The notes under the pieces are model-generated. The model made no database searches, was not told the origin of the DNA, and saw nothing but the letters and a program-made list of their open reading frames with translations. From positions 16,682 through 80,681 of the forward strand of contig CAWKDB010000009.1 in the NCBI GenBank assembly GCA_963848295.1: a stretch of 64,000 bases of DNA. The letters run 5' to 3'. Positions 13,009 to 25,828 of the stretch are shown here, piece by piece. Source of the stretch: an uncultured delta proteobacterium (GTDB lineage Bacteria; Myxococcota_A; Polyangia; Haliangiales; Haliangiaceae). The position numbers were made by a program, and so were the translations under genes. How positions within the stretch are numbered: position 1 is the first letter of the stretch; each line of letters begins with the position of its first letter.

Positions 13009-14334
13009 ATGCGCCCCTGGGGACTCGTCGCGATGCTGTGCGCCGCGCACGCGTCCGCGGCGCCCGTGCCGCCGACGTTCGTGGGCGGGCCGCGCGCGTT
13101 CCCGCTGTGGGCCGGTCACCCCGCGCAGCTCCGCGTGACGTGGAACCCCGTCGCGGGCGCCACGCACTATCGCGCGACCTGGCAGGGCGTCGATCACGAC
13201 GTCGCGACGCCCGCGCTCGAGCTCGCCGAGCCGAGCCCGGGACAGCGGCCGCTCTCGGTCGTCGCGCTCGACGCCGGCGGCCACGCGAGCCCCGCCGCGA
13301 CGGTCCTGATCGACGTCGTCCCAATCGTCGCGATCGCGCCGGGCGCGACCGAGAGCGCGCAGACGCCGGCGTTCGCGGTCGGGACGCGGTTCTCGTCGCC
13401 GGGCGCGACCTGCGCGCTCGACGCGGGCGCGCGCGCCGCGGAGATCCAGGCGACCACGCCGGGCCGCGTGTGGCTCGCGTGCGGCGCCTACGCGACGCCG
13501 ATCATCGTCGCGCCCGTGATCGTCGCGACCGAGGCGCCCCCGCTCGCGCGCGAGGCCGCGGCCACGATCCACGTCACGGTCGCCTCCGTGGCGCCGCTCG
13601 GCGATCGCCTCGACATCGAGGCGATCGGCGAGCTCGATCTCGGCGAGGCGCAGCGCACCGAGGGCGGCTTCGATCTCACCGTCACGCCGCGCGCGAAGGC
13701 CACGGCGATCGGCCTGCGCGTCGTCGCGGGCAACCTCCCGATCGGCGGCGTGGACCTCGCGCTGTCCGAGCGTAGCGCGCCGGTCGCGCCACCACCGCCA
13801 CCGGTGGGCGCGGGCTGGCTCGCGGTCGATGCGGGCCTCCTCGCCGGCCTGTTCGCCCCGCAGAGCGCGGGCCTCGCGGCGACGAACCTCGGTCACCCGA
13901 TGGCGCCGGCCGACGCGATCGCGACCGGCGGCGCCCTCGCGGGCCACCTCGGCTACTTTCCGATCCCCCGCGCCGGCCTCGAGGCGCAGATCGCGATCAT
14001 GCCGGGCAGCTACGCGGCCGGCAGCGGCACCGCGCTCGTCCTCTCCGAGCGGCTCCAGCTCGCGATCCGCGCCGTCGAGGACGGCCGGTTCGGGCTGCGC
14101 GTCCTCCTCGGTGCGGACCTCCTCACGCAGCTCGCCGAGCGCGGGACGTCGCGTCACGCCACCAACGGCGCCGTCCACTACGGCGCGGCCGTGACGCTCG
14201 CGATCGCCCGCGACCTGTCGCTGCGCGTCGAGGCCCTTCACCTGATCACGTCCGCGCGTGACGCAAGCTACGCGAGCAGCCTCCTCGCGCAGGTCGGTGT
14301 GGTGATGCGCTTCGGTCGACGCGATCGCTGGTAG
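13009..14334 (+). CDS. Secreted protein with FN3/Ig-like N-terminus and probable C-terminal outer-membrane beta-barrel
   Basis: Signal peptide, VTWNPVAGATHYRA (FN3-like), alternating beta-strand pattern ending QVGVVMRFG. Confidence 0.5.
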   Translation: MRPWGLVAMLCAAHASAAPVPPTFVGGPRAFPLWAGHPAQLRVTWNPVAGATHYRATWQGVDHDVATPALELAEPSPGQRPLSVVALDAGGHASPAATVLIDVVPIVAIAPGATESAQTPAFAVGTRFSSPGATCALDAGARAAEIQATTPGRVWLACGAYATPIIVAPVIVATEAPPLAREAAATIHVTVASVAPLGDRLDIEAIGELDLGEAQRTEGGFDLTVTPRAKATAIGLRVVAGNLPIGGVDLALSERSAPVAPPPPPVGAGWLAVDAGLLAGLFAPQSAGLAATNLGHPMAPADAIATGGALAGHLGYFPIPRAGLEAQIAIMPGSYAAGSGTALVLSERLQLAIRAVEDGRFGLRVLLGADLLTQLAERGTSRHATNGAVHYGAAVTLAIARDLSLRVEALHLITSARDASYASSLLAQVGVVMRFGRRDRW

Positions 14335-14335
14335 G

Positions 14336-15256
14336 ATGTCTGGCATGTGCCCGGTGTGCTCGGCGCGTGCCAGCGAGATCGGCGTCCTCTGCGAGGAGTG
14401 CCGCGACGAGCTCTCGAGCCCGATCCAGATCATGCCCGAGCAGATCCAGGTCGCACGCGACCGCGCCCACGCAGACCGCGCTGATCGATCTGTGGGGACG
14501 CCCGTTTGGCCTCGATATCCGGACGCTGATCGGCCGGCAGATCGAGGGCAGCGGGCTCGCGATCCTCGAGGCCTCGCGTGTCGCGCAACCACGCGCAGAT
14601 CACCCAGGACGCCGGCCGCTGGTACGCTGAAGCGATCTCGGCTCGGCGAACGGCACCTGGACCGACGATCGCCTCGTCGAGGCGCCGATCCAGCGTCCAC
14701 GACGGCGACCGGATCCGGTTCGGTCACATCGCGTTCTACTTCGTCACCGACGTGTCGCGGCTCCCCGAGCCGGTGCTCGGCAGCCGGACGCTCACCGCCA
14801 CGCTCAAGCCGAGCGACATGAGCCGGCGCACCGCGGCCAACCAGGCGCTGACCGCGACCGCCACCACCGATCGCGAGGAGGAGGAGCGCACGAACGTCGG
14901 GCTGCCCGACGATGCGCGTTCCGGCTGCACGAGCCGACGGGCGGCGGCGGCGGGCTGATCGAGGTCGACGGCAAGCAGGTCCAGCTCACCACGACGCAGT
15001 TCGAGCTGATGGCGCTGATGATCAAGCGCATGGCCGCCGAGGCGCACCAGCCCGAGCTCGTGCGCGGCTTCGTCCGGTCGAGCTCGAGCTGATCGCGGAC
15101 CTGTCGTGGGACACCCGCGAGCCGAGCGAGAACCACGTCAAGCAGCTGGTCCGGCGGGTGCGCCGCGCACTGATCAAGTCCGAGATCGGCGACTTGATCG
15201 AATCTCGGCATCGTTTCGGCTATCGTCTGCGCGCGATCCCGAAGACGACTGAGTAG
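14336..15256 (+). CDS. Zinc-ribbon + FHA + OmpR-type winged-helix transcriptional regulator (frameshifted)
   Basis: CPVC...CEEC, then TLIGR...VSRNHAQI...SANGTW...HDGDRIRFG (FHA), then QLTTTQFELMALM...NHVKQLVRRVRRAL...IESRHRFGYRL. Confidence 0.8.
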
Positions 15257-15267
15257 TCATGCGGTAG

Positions 15268-16210
15268 ATGCAACGCTCATTGTTTCGCGGCCGTCGCTCG
15301 CTCGCGCGGCCTCCGCGGCGTTCGCCGATGATCCCAAGTTCGTCTACGGCAAGCTCGACCGACGTCAAGGACGTAAGAAGGACGTCGAGTGGACGCCTCC
15401 GCCGAGGCCGGGCGTCGTGTTCACGACGGGCAACTCCGAGACCACGACGATCACCGGCGGCTTCCACGCCTCGCGCAGGACCGAAGCGACAACAAGTTCT
15501 CGCTCGAGGGCAGCGGTCGCCTACGCGAAGTCCGGCATCGCGCGACGCTGAACGACCAGAACGGCAACGGCATGATCGATGACCCCGAGCGAGATCGTCG
15601 ACCGTCGAGTCGATCACCGCCGAGACCTACAGCGGCAAGGCGCGCTACGACCGCTATCTCGACACGACCGACTCGCTGTACGTCGCCGCGCTCGCCAGCC
15701 GCGACGTCCCGGCCGGCAAGGAGGCTCGTCTTCGGCGGCCAGGCCGGCTACAGCCGCCAGCTCCTACAAGTCGAAGAGTCGCGAGGCGCTCGGCGAGCTC
15801 GGCTACGACTACTCGCACGAGCAGCCTGACCTCGGGCACGGCCGAACGAGAACTCGATCCACTCGCTGCGCGCGTTCCTCGGCCACAAGGGCAAGCTCAC
15901 CGAGGGTACGGACCTCGCGACGTCGGTGGAGGTCCTGACGAACCTCAACACCGAGAACCTGCGCCGACGGCCGCGACAAGGACGGCGGCCCGCTCAAGGA
16001 CACGCGCGTGCAACCTCCACATCGCGATCACGCGCGAAGATCGGCAAGAACCTCGCGGTCGCAGACCTCGATCGACTCGAAGTACGACAACCGGCCCGGC
16101 GCCGCATCAAGATCCCCGCCGGCGTGACGCTCGCGCCGGACTACGTGCCCGAGGCCGACGAAGCTCGACACGATCATGAAGGCGACAGCTCATCTACACC
16201 TTCTTCTAGC
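15268..16210 (+). CDS. DUF481-like outer membrane beta-barrel protein (frameshifted)
   Basis: FTTGNSETTT, KARYDRYL, FGGQAGYSRQL, ELGYDYSHE, and a C-terminal LIYTFF barrel signature. Confidence 0.65.
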
Positions 16211-16796
16211 GAGCCGCGACGCCCCGCTCAGGCGCTTGGCGGCGCGTGGCCGTTCGTGACGACCTTCGTCCCGACTCTCGACCGTCGCGGCGAGCTCCTC
16301 GAGCAGCGCGCGCAGCGACTTCATCTTCTTCGAGCCGATGCGGCTGGCCCAGCGCGCCTCGGCCGCGGCGGACACGCGCTTGACCTCGGCCGCCCACACC
16401 TTGCCCTTGGGGCCGAGGCGGACGCGCTTGATCACGCCGTGATCGGGATCCGGGAACCGCTCGACCATCCGCATGCGTCTCGAGGTCGTCGATCAGGTCG
16501 CCCACGGTCTGCTTGGGCAGCGAGACCGCAGGACCAGGTCCGACAACCGTACGCCGCCAGCTCGGCGCCGATCGCCGAGAGCAGCTGGACGTGCGCCGGC
16601 CGCAGCGCCGGGAACCCCAGGCGCTCGAGGCGCTGGCCAGCTGGGCCTGCAGGTCGTGCTGGGGGACGTGGAGCAGCGCGCGCAGATCGCGCGTCGCTGC
16701 TGCCAGAGCTCGAGGGTCGTGTCGCTTGTCAGGTCACGGGCTGCCTTCGAGGGATCGCATCACGAACGCGATCGAGCGGAAGCGGACATGCGTCAT
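16206..16796 (-). CDS. MarR family transcriptional regulator (frameshifted; start approximate)
   Basis: KQTVGDLIDDLE...MVERFPDPDHGVIKRVRLGPKG. Confidence 0.75.
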
Positions 16797-16868
16797 ATCA
16801 AAACGACTCTCGGATGGGAACGGCCGCGCTGCCGGAGAAAGTCGTCCGGTCATCCGGAGTCAGCGCCG

Positions 16869-19800
16869 TCACTTCATGTCGACGATGCCGACCTCGTTCG
16901 CGCCGCGGTCGACCGGCGCGCCGAACACCTTGCGCCACGCCCAGCGCGCGCCGCGCGAGATGTCGTCGAACCACGTGTAGATGACCGGGATCGCGACCAG
17001 CGTGAGCAGCAGCGACAGCGTCTGGCCACCGACGACGATGCTGGCCATCGCCTTCGAGAAGCCCGAGCCGATGCCCTTGCTCGTGATCAGCGGCAGCATG
17101 CCGGCGACGAACGCCGCCGTCGTCATCAGGATCGGGCGCAGCCGGTCCTTGGCCGCGGTCAGCACCGCCTCGGTGCGCGGCAGGCCCTGCCGGCGCAGCC
17201 CGTTCGCGTGATCGACCTGGAGGATCGCGTTCTTCTTGACGACCGCGAACAGCACGATCATGCCGAGCATCGAGAAGATGTTCAGCGAGCCGCCGGTGAT
17301 CAGCAGCGAGATCATCGCGAACGGCAACGTGAGCGGCAGCGCGAGCATGATGATCAGCGGGTACAGCCACGACTCGAACTGCGCCGCGAGCACGAGGTAC
17401 ATGAAGACGAACGCGAGGACGATCGCGAACAGGAACGCCTTCTGCATCTTGCCGAGCTCCTTGCTCTGCCCGAACGGCTCGACCGTGTAGCCGGCCGGCA
17501 TGTTGAGCTCGTCGCAGCACCTTCGTCGACGCGCGCCGTCGACCGCGGTCTGGTCGAACCCCGGCGACGACGTTCACGTGATCGTGACCGCGCGCTCGCG
17601 GCTCTGGCGCGTGATCTTCGAGGTCGCCGTTGTCGGCGCCGAGCTGGATCACGTCGGACAGCGGCACCTGGCCGAGCGTGCGCGACGGCACCGCGATCAG
17701 CGCGAGCGCGCTCGGGTCGTCGCGGAACCGCTCCGCCGCGCGCAGGAACACCGGGTACTGGTCGCCGCGATCCTCGAACGTCGACGCGTCCATGCCGCCG
17801 ACAGGACGGCGAGCGTCATCGTGATGTCCGCCGGGTCGACGCCGAGCATCGCGGCGCGATCGAGGTCCGGCTTGACCGTGGTCTCGTCGACCGGATCGAG
17901 CAAGCTCGAGTCGAGGTCGATCACGCCGGGGATCTTCGCGATCTCGGTCAGCGCCTGCTTGCCGATAGCGCTCGAGCTTGTCGAGATCGGGCCCCGAGAT
18001 CACGTACATGCACGATCGCGTTCTGGCCGCCGATCGAGAAGTCGTTGACCTGCTGCGCGGCGACGCGCGTGCCCTTCGGCACGTCGCGGCAGGACGTTCT
18101 TGCGCACCTGCTGCATCACCGTCGTCCTGCGTGCGCACGCGCTTCTCGGGGTCGGTCAGGTGGACGTAGATGTTGCCGACGTTGGCCTGGCGCTGATCGC
18201 CGCCGGCCACCGTGACGAGCGTGCGACTCGACCTCGGGGATCGTCGCGGATCCGCGCGCGCGATGCGCTCGGCGATCAGCGTCGTCGCCTCGAGCGTGGT
18301 GCCCTCCGGCGCCTGCAGGTAGATCTCGAACTGCGCCTCGTCGTTCGGCGGCAGGAACGTCGCCGCCGACCTTCTTGCGACGATCGGCACCGACACGCAC
18401 GAGCCGATGATCGCGACGAGCCGACGACCCAGCGGTGGCGCAGGCAGAACGCGAGCACGCGCCGTGTAGCAGCCGCGCGATCGGGCGGTAGAGCGAAGTC
18501 GCTGACGCGCTCGAGCACCGACTTGCGCCGGCGCTCCTGGCCCTCGGGCGGCGGCGGCGGCAGCATGCGCGCCGCCATCATCGGCGTCAGCGTGAACGCG
18601 ACGATCATCGACACGCCGATCGCGAACGCCATCGTGATGCCGAAGCTGAACAGGAAGCGGCCGACGATGCCGCTCATGAACGCGACCGGCAGGAACACCG
18701 CCATCAGCGACAGCGTGGTCGCGAGCACGGCGAGGCCGATCTCCTTGGTCGCGTGGATCGCGGCCGGGAACGGCTTCATCTTCTTCTCGTCGATGAAGCG
18801 ATAGATGTTCTCGAGCACGACGATCGCGTCGTCGATCACGATGCCGACCGCGAGCGCGAGCGCGAGCAGCGTCATCATGTTCAGCGTGAAGTGCGCGATC
18901 ATCATCAAGCCGAACGTCGAGATGATCGACACCGGGATCGAGATCGCCGCGATGATCGTCGAGCGCAGGCTGCCGAGGAACAGCAGCACGACGAGCGCCG
19001 CGAGCACCGGCGCCGAGCACGAGGTGCTCGAGCACCTGCGACGCGCTGCGTGCGGATCTGGATCGAGTTATCGCGCACGATGTCGACCGAGTAGCCCGGC
19101 GGCAGGTTCGGCTTGCATGGCCGTCGACCTGCCGCGATCACGCCGTCGACGACCGCGACCGTGTTCGTGCCGGTCTGCTTGCGCACCATGCAGCGCGATC
19201 GCCGGCTCGCCGTTGCGCGACGCGGCGGTCTCCGCGTCCTTCTCGCCGTCCTCGAGCGTCGCGACGTCGCGCACGCGCACCGGGTGATCGCCGACCTGGC
19301 GCACCACGATCGTCGCCGATCTGCGACGCCTCGCGTCGCGCGCGCCCTCGATGCGCAGCGTCGTGTTCGTCGGGCCGGTCTCGATCTGGCCGCCCGGCAC
19401 GTTGACGTTCGACGTCGCGATCGCGTGCTCGACCTCGAGCGCGGACACGCCGGTCGCGGCGATGCGGATCGCGTCGAGCTGGACGTTGATCTGGCGGTCC
19501 TGGCCGCCGAGGATCACGACCTGGCCGACGCCGCCGAGCCGCTCGATCCGCTGCTTGACCTGCTTGTCGGCGAACCGCGTGAGGTCGCGGGTCGGCACGC
19601 CTTCGGGCCCTTGACCGACGAGCACGATCACCGGCGCGGCGTCGGGATCGGCCTTGCGGACCTCGGGGCGCGTGCCGGCGGGCAGGTCGCGCAGCACCGT
19701 CGCGAGGTGCTCGTTGATGTCGTTCGCGGCCTTGTCCGGATCGACCTCGAGGTCGAACTGCGCGATCACGAGCGAGACGCCCTCGGTCGACGTCGAGGTC

Positions 19801-20045
19801 AGCGTGTCGAGGCCCGAGACCGTGTTGACCGCCTCCTCGACCTTCTCGGTGACGTCGGTCTCGACCGCGCGTCGGCGACGCGCCGGGGTACGGCGTGACG
19901 ATCGTGACGAGCGGGAAGTCGACCTTGGGGAACTTGTCGACGCCGAGGCTGCTGTAGCCGACGAGCGCCGACCACGACGAACGACAGGATCAGCACGCGT
20001 CGCGAAGACCGGCCGGCGGACGCAGATACTGGCGAGCCACTGCAC
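16869..20045 (-). CDS. RND efflux permease, AcrB/AcrD/AcrF family (frameshifted)
   Basis: [50 protein letters not shown]. Confidence 0.95.
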
Positions 20046-20050
20046 GGCGG

Positions 20051-21141
20051 CTACTCCACGACCTTGGCGCCGTCGACGATCTGGTCGGTGACCTTGCGCG
20101 ACGACCTTGCTCGCCCTTCGCCGACGCCCTGGACGATCGAGACCTGCCCTCGCCGGCGGCTCGCCGAGCTGGACGATGCGGCTCCTGCGGCCTCGCCGTC
20201 CTTGACGTCGACGAACGCGTGCCACGACCTTGCCGCGCTTGACGACCGCCGTCCGCCGGCAGCACCGGCCGCGGCGTGCTGACCCGATCCGACGCGCGCC
20301 TCGGCGAACATGCCGGGCACGAGGTCGGCTGCCCGTGTCGAGCGTGGCCTCGACGATCAGCGCGCGCGATCTTGCCGATCTCGGCGCCGATGCCGCGTGA
20401 TCGTCGCGCCGAACGTCTTGCCCGGCATACGCGACCGCGGTGAGCCTCGACGTTCTGGTCCTTCTGGACCGCGCGACCGCCTCCTCGGGCACCGACAGCT
20501 CGATGCGCAGCGGATCGTCGTCGACGAGCGTGAACAGCGCGCTTGCCCGGCGCGACCCACTCGCCCGGCGACACGTCTGCGCTCGGCGACGATCCCGTCG
20601 AACGGCGCGCGGACGATGCCGTCGGACACCGACTTCGACATCATCTCGACGCGCGCCTGCGGCGGCGGCCACCTGACTGGAGCGCCGTCGCGCACTGCGG
20701 TGCTCTGCCGGTCGTACTCGTACTGCGGTGATCGCGCCCTTGTCGAGCAGCGACTTGCGTGCGCTGCGCACTCCTGCTCGGCGAGCTGCTTCTGCGCCTG
20801 CGCGTGCGCGACGTTCGCCTGCGCCTCGCGCGCGCGACAGCGCGGCGCTGCGGACGTCGAGCTGGACGACCGGCTCGCCCATCTTCACGCGCTGGCCGCG
20901 CTCGACGCAGCACGTCGATGACCTTGCCCTGCGTGTCGGCGGTGACCTCGGAGCGCTGGTTCGGCGCGATCGTGCCGGTCGAGCGTGAGCACGTCGGGCG
21001 TCGGCGCCTCGGCGGCCGCGGCCAGATCGCACCTTCACGGGCGGCGCCGGCGGCGCCTTGGTGGCGCCTCCGGCCGCATCCTCGGGCTTCTTGCAGGCGA
21101 CGAGCGGCGACGAGGAGCGGACGAGGGCAGAGCGCACGCAT
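20051..21141 (-). CDS. RND periplasmic adaptor (MFP) lipoprotein (frameshifted)
   Basis: LVAC lipobox, ERGQRVKMGEPVVQLD, IVRAPFDGIV, PGMFAEARV. Confidence 0.9.
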
Positions 21142-21196
21142 GGTGCGCCGGACGATGCACGGCCCCTGCCAGTCGGTCCACGCGCAGCCACGGCGG

Positions 21197-22674
21197 TTAG
21201 ACGCCGCGGATTTGTATGGGATTCCCGACAGGTGTCGCGGGTCTTGTTAGCGGCTGCGGCGGGACGTCGGCGCCGATCGCGTGGCGCAGCTGCGCCAACG
21301 CGACGCGGAGATCGACCCGCGCGTTGAGCGCCGCGATCCGCGCGCGGGTCAGATCGGTCTCGGCGTCGACGAGCTCGACCGCGGTCGCGCGGTCGGCGGC
21401 GAGCAGCTCCTGGCGCACGCGGTAGCTCTCCTCGGCGGCCTCGAGGCCCTTCTGCGAGGTGCGGAGCGCGTGCAGCGCGAGCGCGACCGCCTGCTGCGCG
21501 GCAGCACCTGGACGCGCGTGCCGCGGACCAGGTTCTCGCGATCGGCGCGCAGCTCGTCGGCCTCGCGCGAGCAGGCGCTTGTTGGTGGTCTGCGAGGTCA
21601 GCGTGTCGCCGAGCTGCCACGTCGAGCCTGGAGGCCGGCCAGCCAGGTCAGCTTGAACTCGTCGGCCTGCGGGAACGACGCGCGGGTTCGGGTCGCGCGT
21701 CGTCGACGCGCCGAACGCCGACGAGCTGCGGTAGCTGGTTCGCGCGCTCGGCCTCGCGCTGCTTGTCGTCGCGCCTCGATCCCGAGGTCGATCGCGCGGA
21801 AGTCGAGCCGCTGCTTGCGTCGCGATCTGCGACCAGCTCGTCGAGCGGCTCCGCGGTCGCCGGCGCGGCGACGTCGCTGCGGATGTCCTCGCCGAGCGCG
21901 AGCGGCTCGTCGTCGGGCGCGCCGATCAGGAGCGCGCAGCTGCTCCTCGCGCAGCACGCGCGATGCTTCTGCAGCTGAGTCGACCGTCTGCTCGGCCTCG
22001 GCCTCCTGCGACTCGACGCGCAGCAGATCGGCCTTCGACAGCCGCTGCGCGTCGGCGAGCGCCTGCACCTGGCGCAGCGTCGGCCTGGACCTGCGTCGAG
22101 CTGGTGCTGCGCGATCAGGACCTGCAGCCGCGCGCGCACCCACTCGTAGTAGGCGAGCCGCGCGTCCTCGCCGGCGTCGATCTCGGTCGAGCCGCGGCTC
22201 GACCCGCGCGACGTCCTCGGCGAGCCTGCGCGGCGTCGGACCAGCTTCGGGATAGCGGAGCACGTAGTCGGACAGCGGGCACGGTGAGCGTCGCCTCGAG
22301 CGTCGTAGCTGTTCTGAGGAACGGGATCGATGAACGTCGATGCCGCCGAGCGGGAAGCACGGCGGTCGGGATCGAACGACAGCCGCGTCGTAGCCGACGC
22401 TTGCCGCCGATCTGCGGCACCTGCTGCAAGCTCGGCCGCCTCGCCCTGCGCGATCGCGACCTCGACCTCGGCGACCTTGCGGCTGGACCGTCGGCGAGGC
22501 CGTCGCCGGCGCGCGCCGCCGCCTGGTCGGAGGTCAGCCCGCCCGCGACGAACAGCGCGTCGAGGTCCTTGTCGAACGCGGCCATGTCGATCGGCCGCGT
22601 CCGCCGCGGCCACCGGCGGCGCCGGCGGCGGCGGAGCGCCGGCGCGCGATGCGCGAGCCAGGACGCGACGTCAT
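21197..22674 (-). CDS. TolC family outer membrane efflux protein (frameshifted)
   Basis: ARLAYYEWVRA, LSKADLLRVESQ, ATAVELVDAETDLTRAR...LRHAIG. First gene of the OMF-MFP-RND operon. Confidence 0.85.
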
Positions 22675-22892
22675 GCGAGCGCGGCGAGAAGCAGGGCCGG
22701 CGTGCCACCAGCGCCAAGTGTCATGGCCGCGCGACGAAAGCACCGAGGCGTGCCACGTCGCAAGGCCGCGCGTGCGATACGCGGTCGACGTCACGATTCG
22801 TCGGCCGGCGGCGTACAGCTGTCGATCGCCACAGTCCGCGCGACCACGCGGCTAGAGTCTTCGCGATGTCGACGCCGACGCATGATCGACGG

Positions 22893-22907
22893 TGGCACGC
22901 CGCTGGC
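22893..22907 (+). promoter_or_regulatory. Sigma-54 -24/-12 promoter upstream of the histidine kinase
   Basis: TGGCACGCCGCTGGC is GG-N10-GC, ~15 nt before the GTG at 22922. Confidence 0.55.
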
Positions 22908-22921
22908 AAACGCGAGCGTCC

Positions 22922-24257
22922 GTGAAGGACGTGCTCGACCCGACGGCCGTCGTGGCGCACGCAGCCGCGACGCAGTTCTTCGACCGGAGGCGCGCACGAC
23001 CGACGCGCACGACGATCGCGTGCGGCGTGCTCGTCCAGGTCGCGGTGATCGCGATCTTGTTCCACGCCGACTATCCGTGCTGGCGGATCGCGACGCTCGG
23101 CGGCGTGTACCTCGCGTTCGCGATCGCGCACCGGCTTCGTGATGCGGCGGACCACGCGCGGACCGGGCACGTCGAGACGCGTTCATCGCGATGAACGTCA
23201 TGGCCGCAGCTGTTCGTCGTGGCGCAGCGCGACGCTCACCGGCGGCGTGCACTCGCCGTTCGTGCCCGAGCACCGTGCTGCCCGCGATCGTGTCGCTGCT
23301 GTTCTTCGGCCCGCACGCGCGTCGCGCGCTGGATGGCGCTCGGCAACGGCCTGCTCGATCCTCGCGATGGCGTTCCTGCCCGAGTCGGTCGTCGGCCCGG
23401 CGCTCGGCGGCACGCGACTACGCGGCGGCCGTGCTGGTCGAGCCTGGGCTGGAACCTGTTCATGCTCCACATGATGGTCGGCAAGCTCGCGATCGATCGC
23501 GGACCGCACCGGCGAGTCGATGGCGTGCCTGCGCGAGGAGCGGCTGACCGAGGCCGAGGCCAAGCTGCAGCGGCTGCAGTCGGTCGGCGCGAAGGTCGCG
23601 CACGAGCTCAAGAACCCGCTCGCGTCGATCAAGGGCCTGTGCCAGCTCGTCGCGCGCACGCCCGAGAGCGAGCGCACGCAGGAGCGGCTCGCGGTCGTGG
23701 CGTCGGAGATCAGCCGGATGGAGACGATCCTCAGCGAGTACCTGTCGTTCTCGCGGCCGCTCGAGGACCTCGAGCCCGAGGCCGCTCGACCTCGCCGGCG
23801 CTCGCGCCGCGACGTGATCGACGTGCTCGCGGGCCGCGCCGAGCAGGCCGAGCGTGGCGCTCGCGCTCGACGGCGCCGCGACGCACGTGCAGGGCGATCC
23901 GCGGCGCCTCAAGGAGGCGCTGATCAACCTCGTCGCGAACGCGATCGAGGCGACGCCGAGCGGCGGCAGCGTGTCGGCTCGCGCGTGCGCAACGGCGGCG
24001 CGACGTCGACGATCGAGGTCGAGCGACACCGGCCGCGGCATCGCCCCGGACGAGTGATCGAGCCGGCTCGGCACGTCGTTCTTCACGACGCGCCCGAACG
24101 GCACGGGCCTCGGCGTCGTGCTCGCGCAGGGCGTGATCGCGCAGCACGGCGGCACGCTCGCCTACGCGAGCACGGTCGGCCGCGGCACGACCGCGACGAT
24201 CACGCTGCCCGTCGAGCCGGCGGCCGCGCCCGAGACCGGCGCCGCGCGCCGCGATGA
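22922..24257 (+). CDS. Membrane sensor histidine kinase (frameshifted)
   Basis: TM region, VAHELKNPLASI (H-box), LINLVANAIEA (N-box), DTGRGI, FFTTRPNGTGLG. Confidence 0.92.
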
Positions 24258-24278
24258 TCGAGGCGCGGGCTAGCGCGC

Positions 24279-25675
24279 ATGACCGCCGATGCTGCTCGTC
24301 GACGACGAGCCCGGCGTCCTGTTCACGCTGACCGAGGTGCTGACCGAGCGCGGCCACCGCGTGGTCACCGCGCGCTCCGGCGACGAGGCGCTCGGCAAGC
24401 TCGAGGACGCCGACGCGGTCGTGACCGATCTCTCGATGCCCGGCATCGACGGCCTCGAGCTGATGGCGCAGATCGCGGCAGCGCGATCCGACGCTGCCGG
24501 TGATCCTGCTGACCGCGCACGGCAGCGAGCGCGTCGCGGTCGCCGCGATGAAGCAAGGCGCGTACGACTACCTCGCCAAGCCGTTCGACATCGACGAGGT
24601 CGCGGTCGTGATCGAGCGCGCGCTCGAGGCGCGCCGGCTGCGCGTCGACAACCGCCGGCTCGCCGCCGAGCAGACGCTCGGCCGCCGCATCATCGGCGCG
24701 TAGCGGCCGATGCGGCGCCTGCTCGAGGCCACGAGCCGCGATCGCGTGCGCGCGACGTCACCGTGCTCGTGCGCGGCGAGACCGGCACCGGCAAGGAGTT
24801 CGTCGCCGAGCTGCTCCACGCGCAGTCGACGCGCGCGAGCAAGCCGCTCGTCCGGTTCAACTGCGCCGCGCTGCCCGCCGAGCTCGCCGACGCCGAGCTG
24901 TTCGGCCACGTGCAAGCGGCGCGTTCACCGGCGCGACCGCCGGCGCGGCCCGGCTTCTTCGCGCAGGCCGAACAGCGGCACGCTGATCCTCGACGAGGTC
25001 GGCGAGCTGCCGCCCGCCATGCAGGCGAAGCTCCTGCGCGCGCTGCAGGAGGGCGAGATCCAGCCGGTCGGCTCGGGCCGCATCGAGAAGGTCGACGTGC
25101 GCGTCGTCGCGTCGACCAACCGCGACCTCGCGGCCGACGTCGAAGGCCGGCACGTTCCGCGAGGATCTCTACTACCGGCTCGCGGTCGTCGAGCTCGTCG
25201 TGCCGCCGCTGCGCGATCGCAAGGACGACATCCCGGCGCTCGCCGAGGAGTTCGCGCGCCGCTACGGCGAGCGGTTCGGCCTCGGGCACGATCGACGCTC
25301 GAGCCCGCGCTCGTCGACGCGCTCGTGCCGCGCCGACTGGCCCGGCAACGTGCGCCAGCTCGAGAACACGATCGCGCGCCTCGCGGCGCTGTCGCGCGGG
25401 CGGCGCGATCGGCGCTCGCCGACTACCAGGCCGCCGAGTCGGCGGCGAGCCGCACGGCGGCGCGAGCCGATCGCAGCGACACGACCGAGCCGCTGCCCGA
25501 CGCGCGCAACGGCCCCTCGCTCAAGGAGCAGGTCGAGGCGTTCGAGCGCGGCCTCGTCGCGCGCACGCTCGACGCGACCGGCGGCAACCAGTCCGAGGCC
25601 GCGCGCCGGCTCGGCGTGATCCGCGTGACGCTGATCGACAAGATGAAGAAGTACGGGCTGGGACCGAAGAGATAA
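24279..25675 (+). CDS. Sigma-54-dependent NtrC/AtoC-family response regulator (frameshifted); its 3' end is the island integration site
   Basis: LLVDDE receiver, [27 protein letters not shown], Fis [15 protein letters not shown]...[10 protein letters not shown]. Confidence 0.95.
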
Positions 25676-25680
25676 CGCGG
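25635..25680 (+). repeat. att direct repeat, left copy (46 bp)
   Basis: TCGACAAGATGAAGAAGTACGGGCTGGGACCGAAGAGATAACGCGG, 44/46 identical to 51740-51785. Confidence 0.9.
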
Positions 25681-25700
25681 GCTTGGCGGGCGCCCAGATC

Positions 25701-25722
25701 GTTTTCTCCCTGTTTTCTCCTT
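25701..25722 (+). repeat. Tandem 11-bp putative integrase arm-type sites (left arm)
   Basis: GTTTTCTCCCT-GTTTTCTCCTT, 20 nt inside the left att. The same motif recurs at 51625-51646. Confidence 0.6.
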
Positions 25723-25828
25723 TCGGGGTCTCGGCGCCGCGCTTGCGAGCTTTGTTTCGTTCGCGGCGGCAAACGGCTCCTGAGCGTCGAGGAGCCATTG
25801 TCAGGGCGCGGTTCTAGAATCGTCCGTC

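Noticed and set aside
22691..22755. Two minus-strand TGGCACG motifs upstream of the TolC gene as sigma-54 promoters
   Set aside because: GG-to-GC spacing is 12 and 11 rather than 10. One may be real if an indel error is present, but the sequence as given does not support it.
3668..25675. Calling the frameshifted host genes pseudogenes or programmed frameshifts
   Set aside because: Indels are scattered through all genes while catalytic motifs are intact, which fits sequencing error better.
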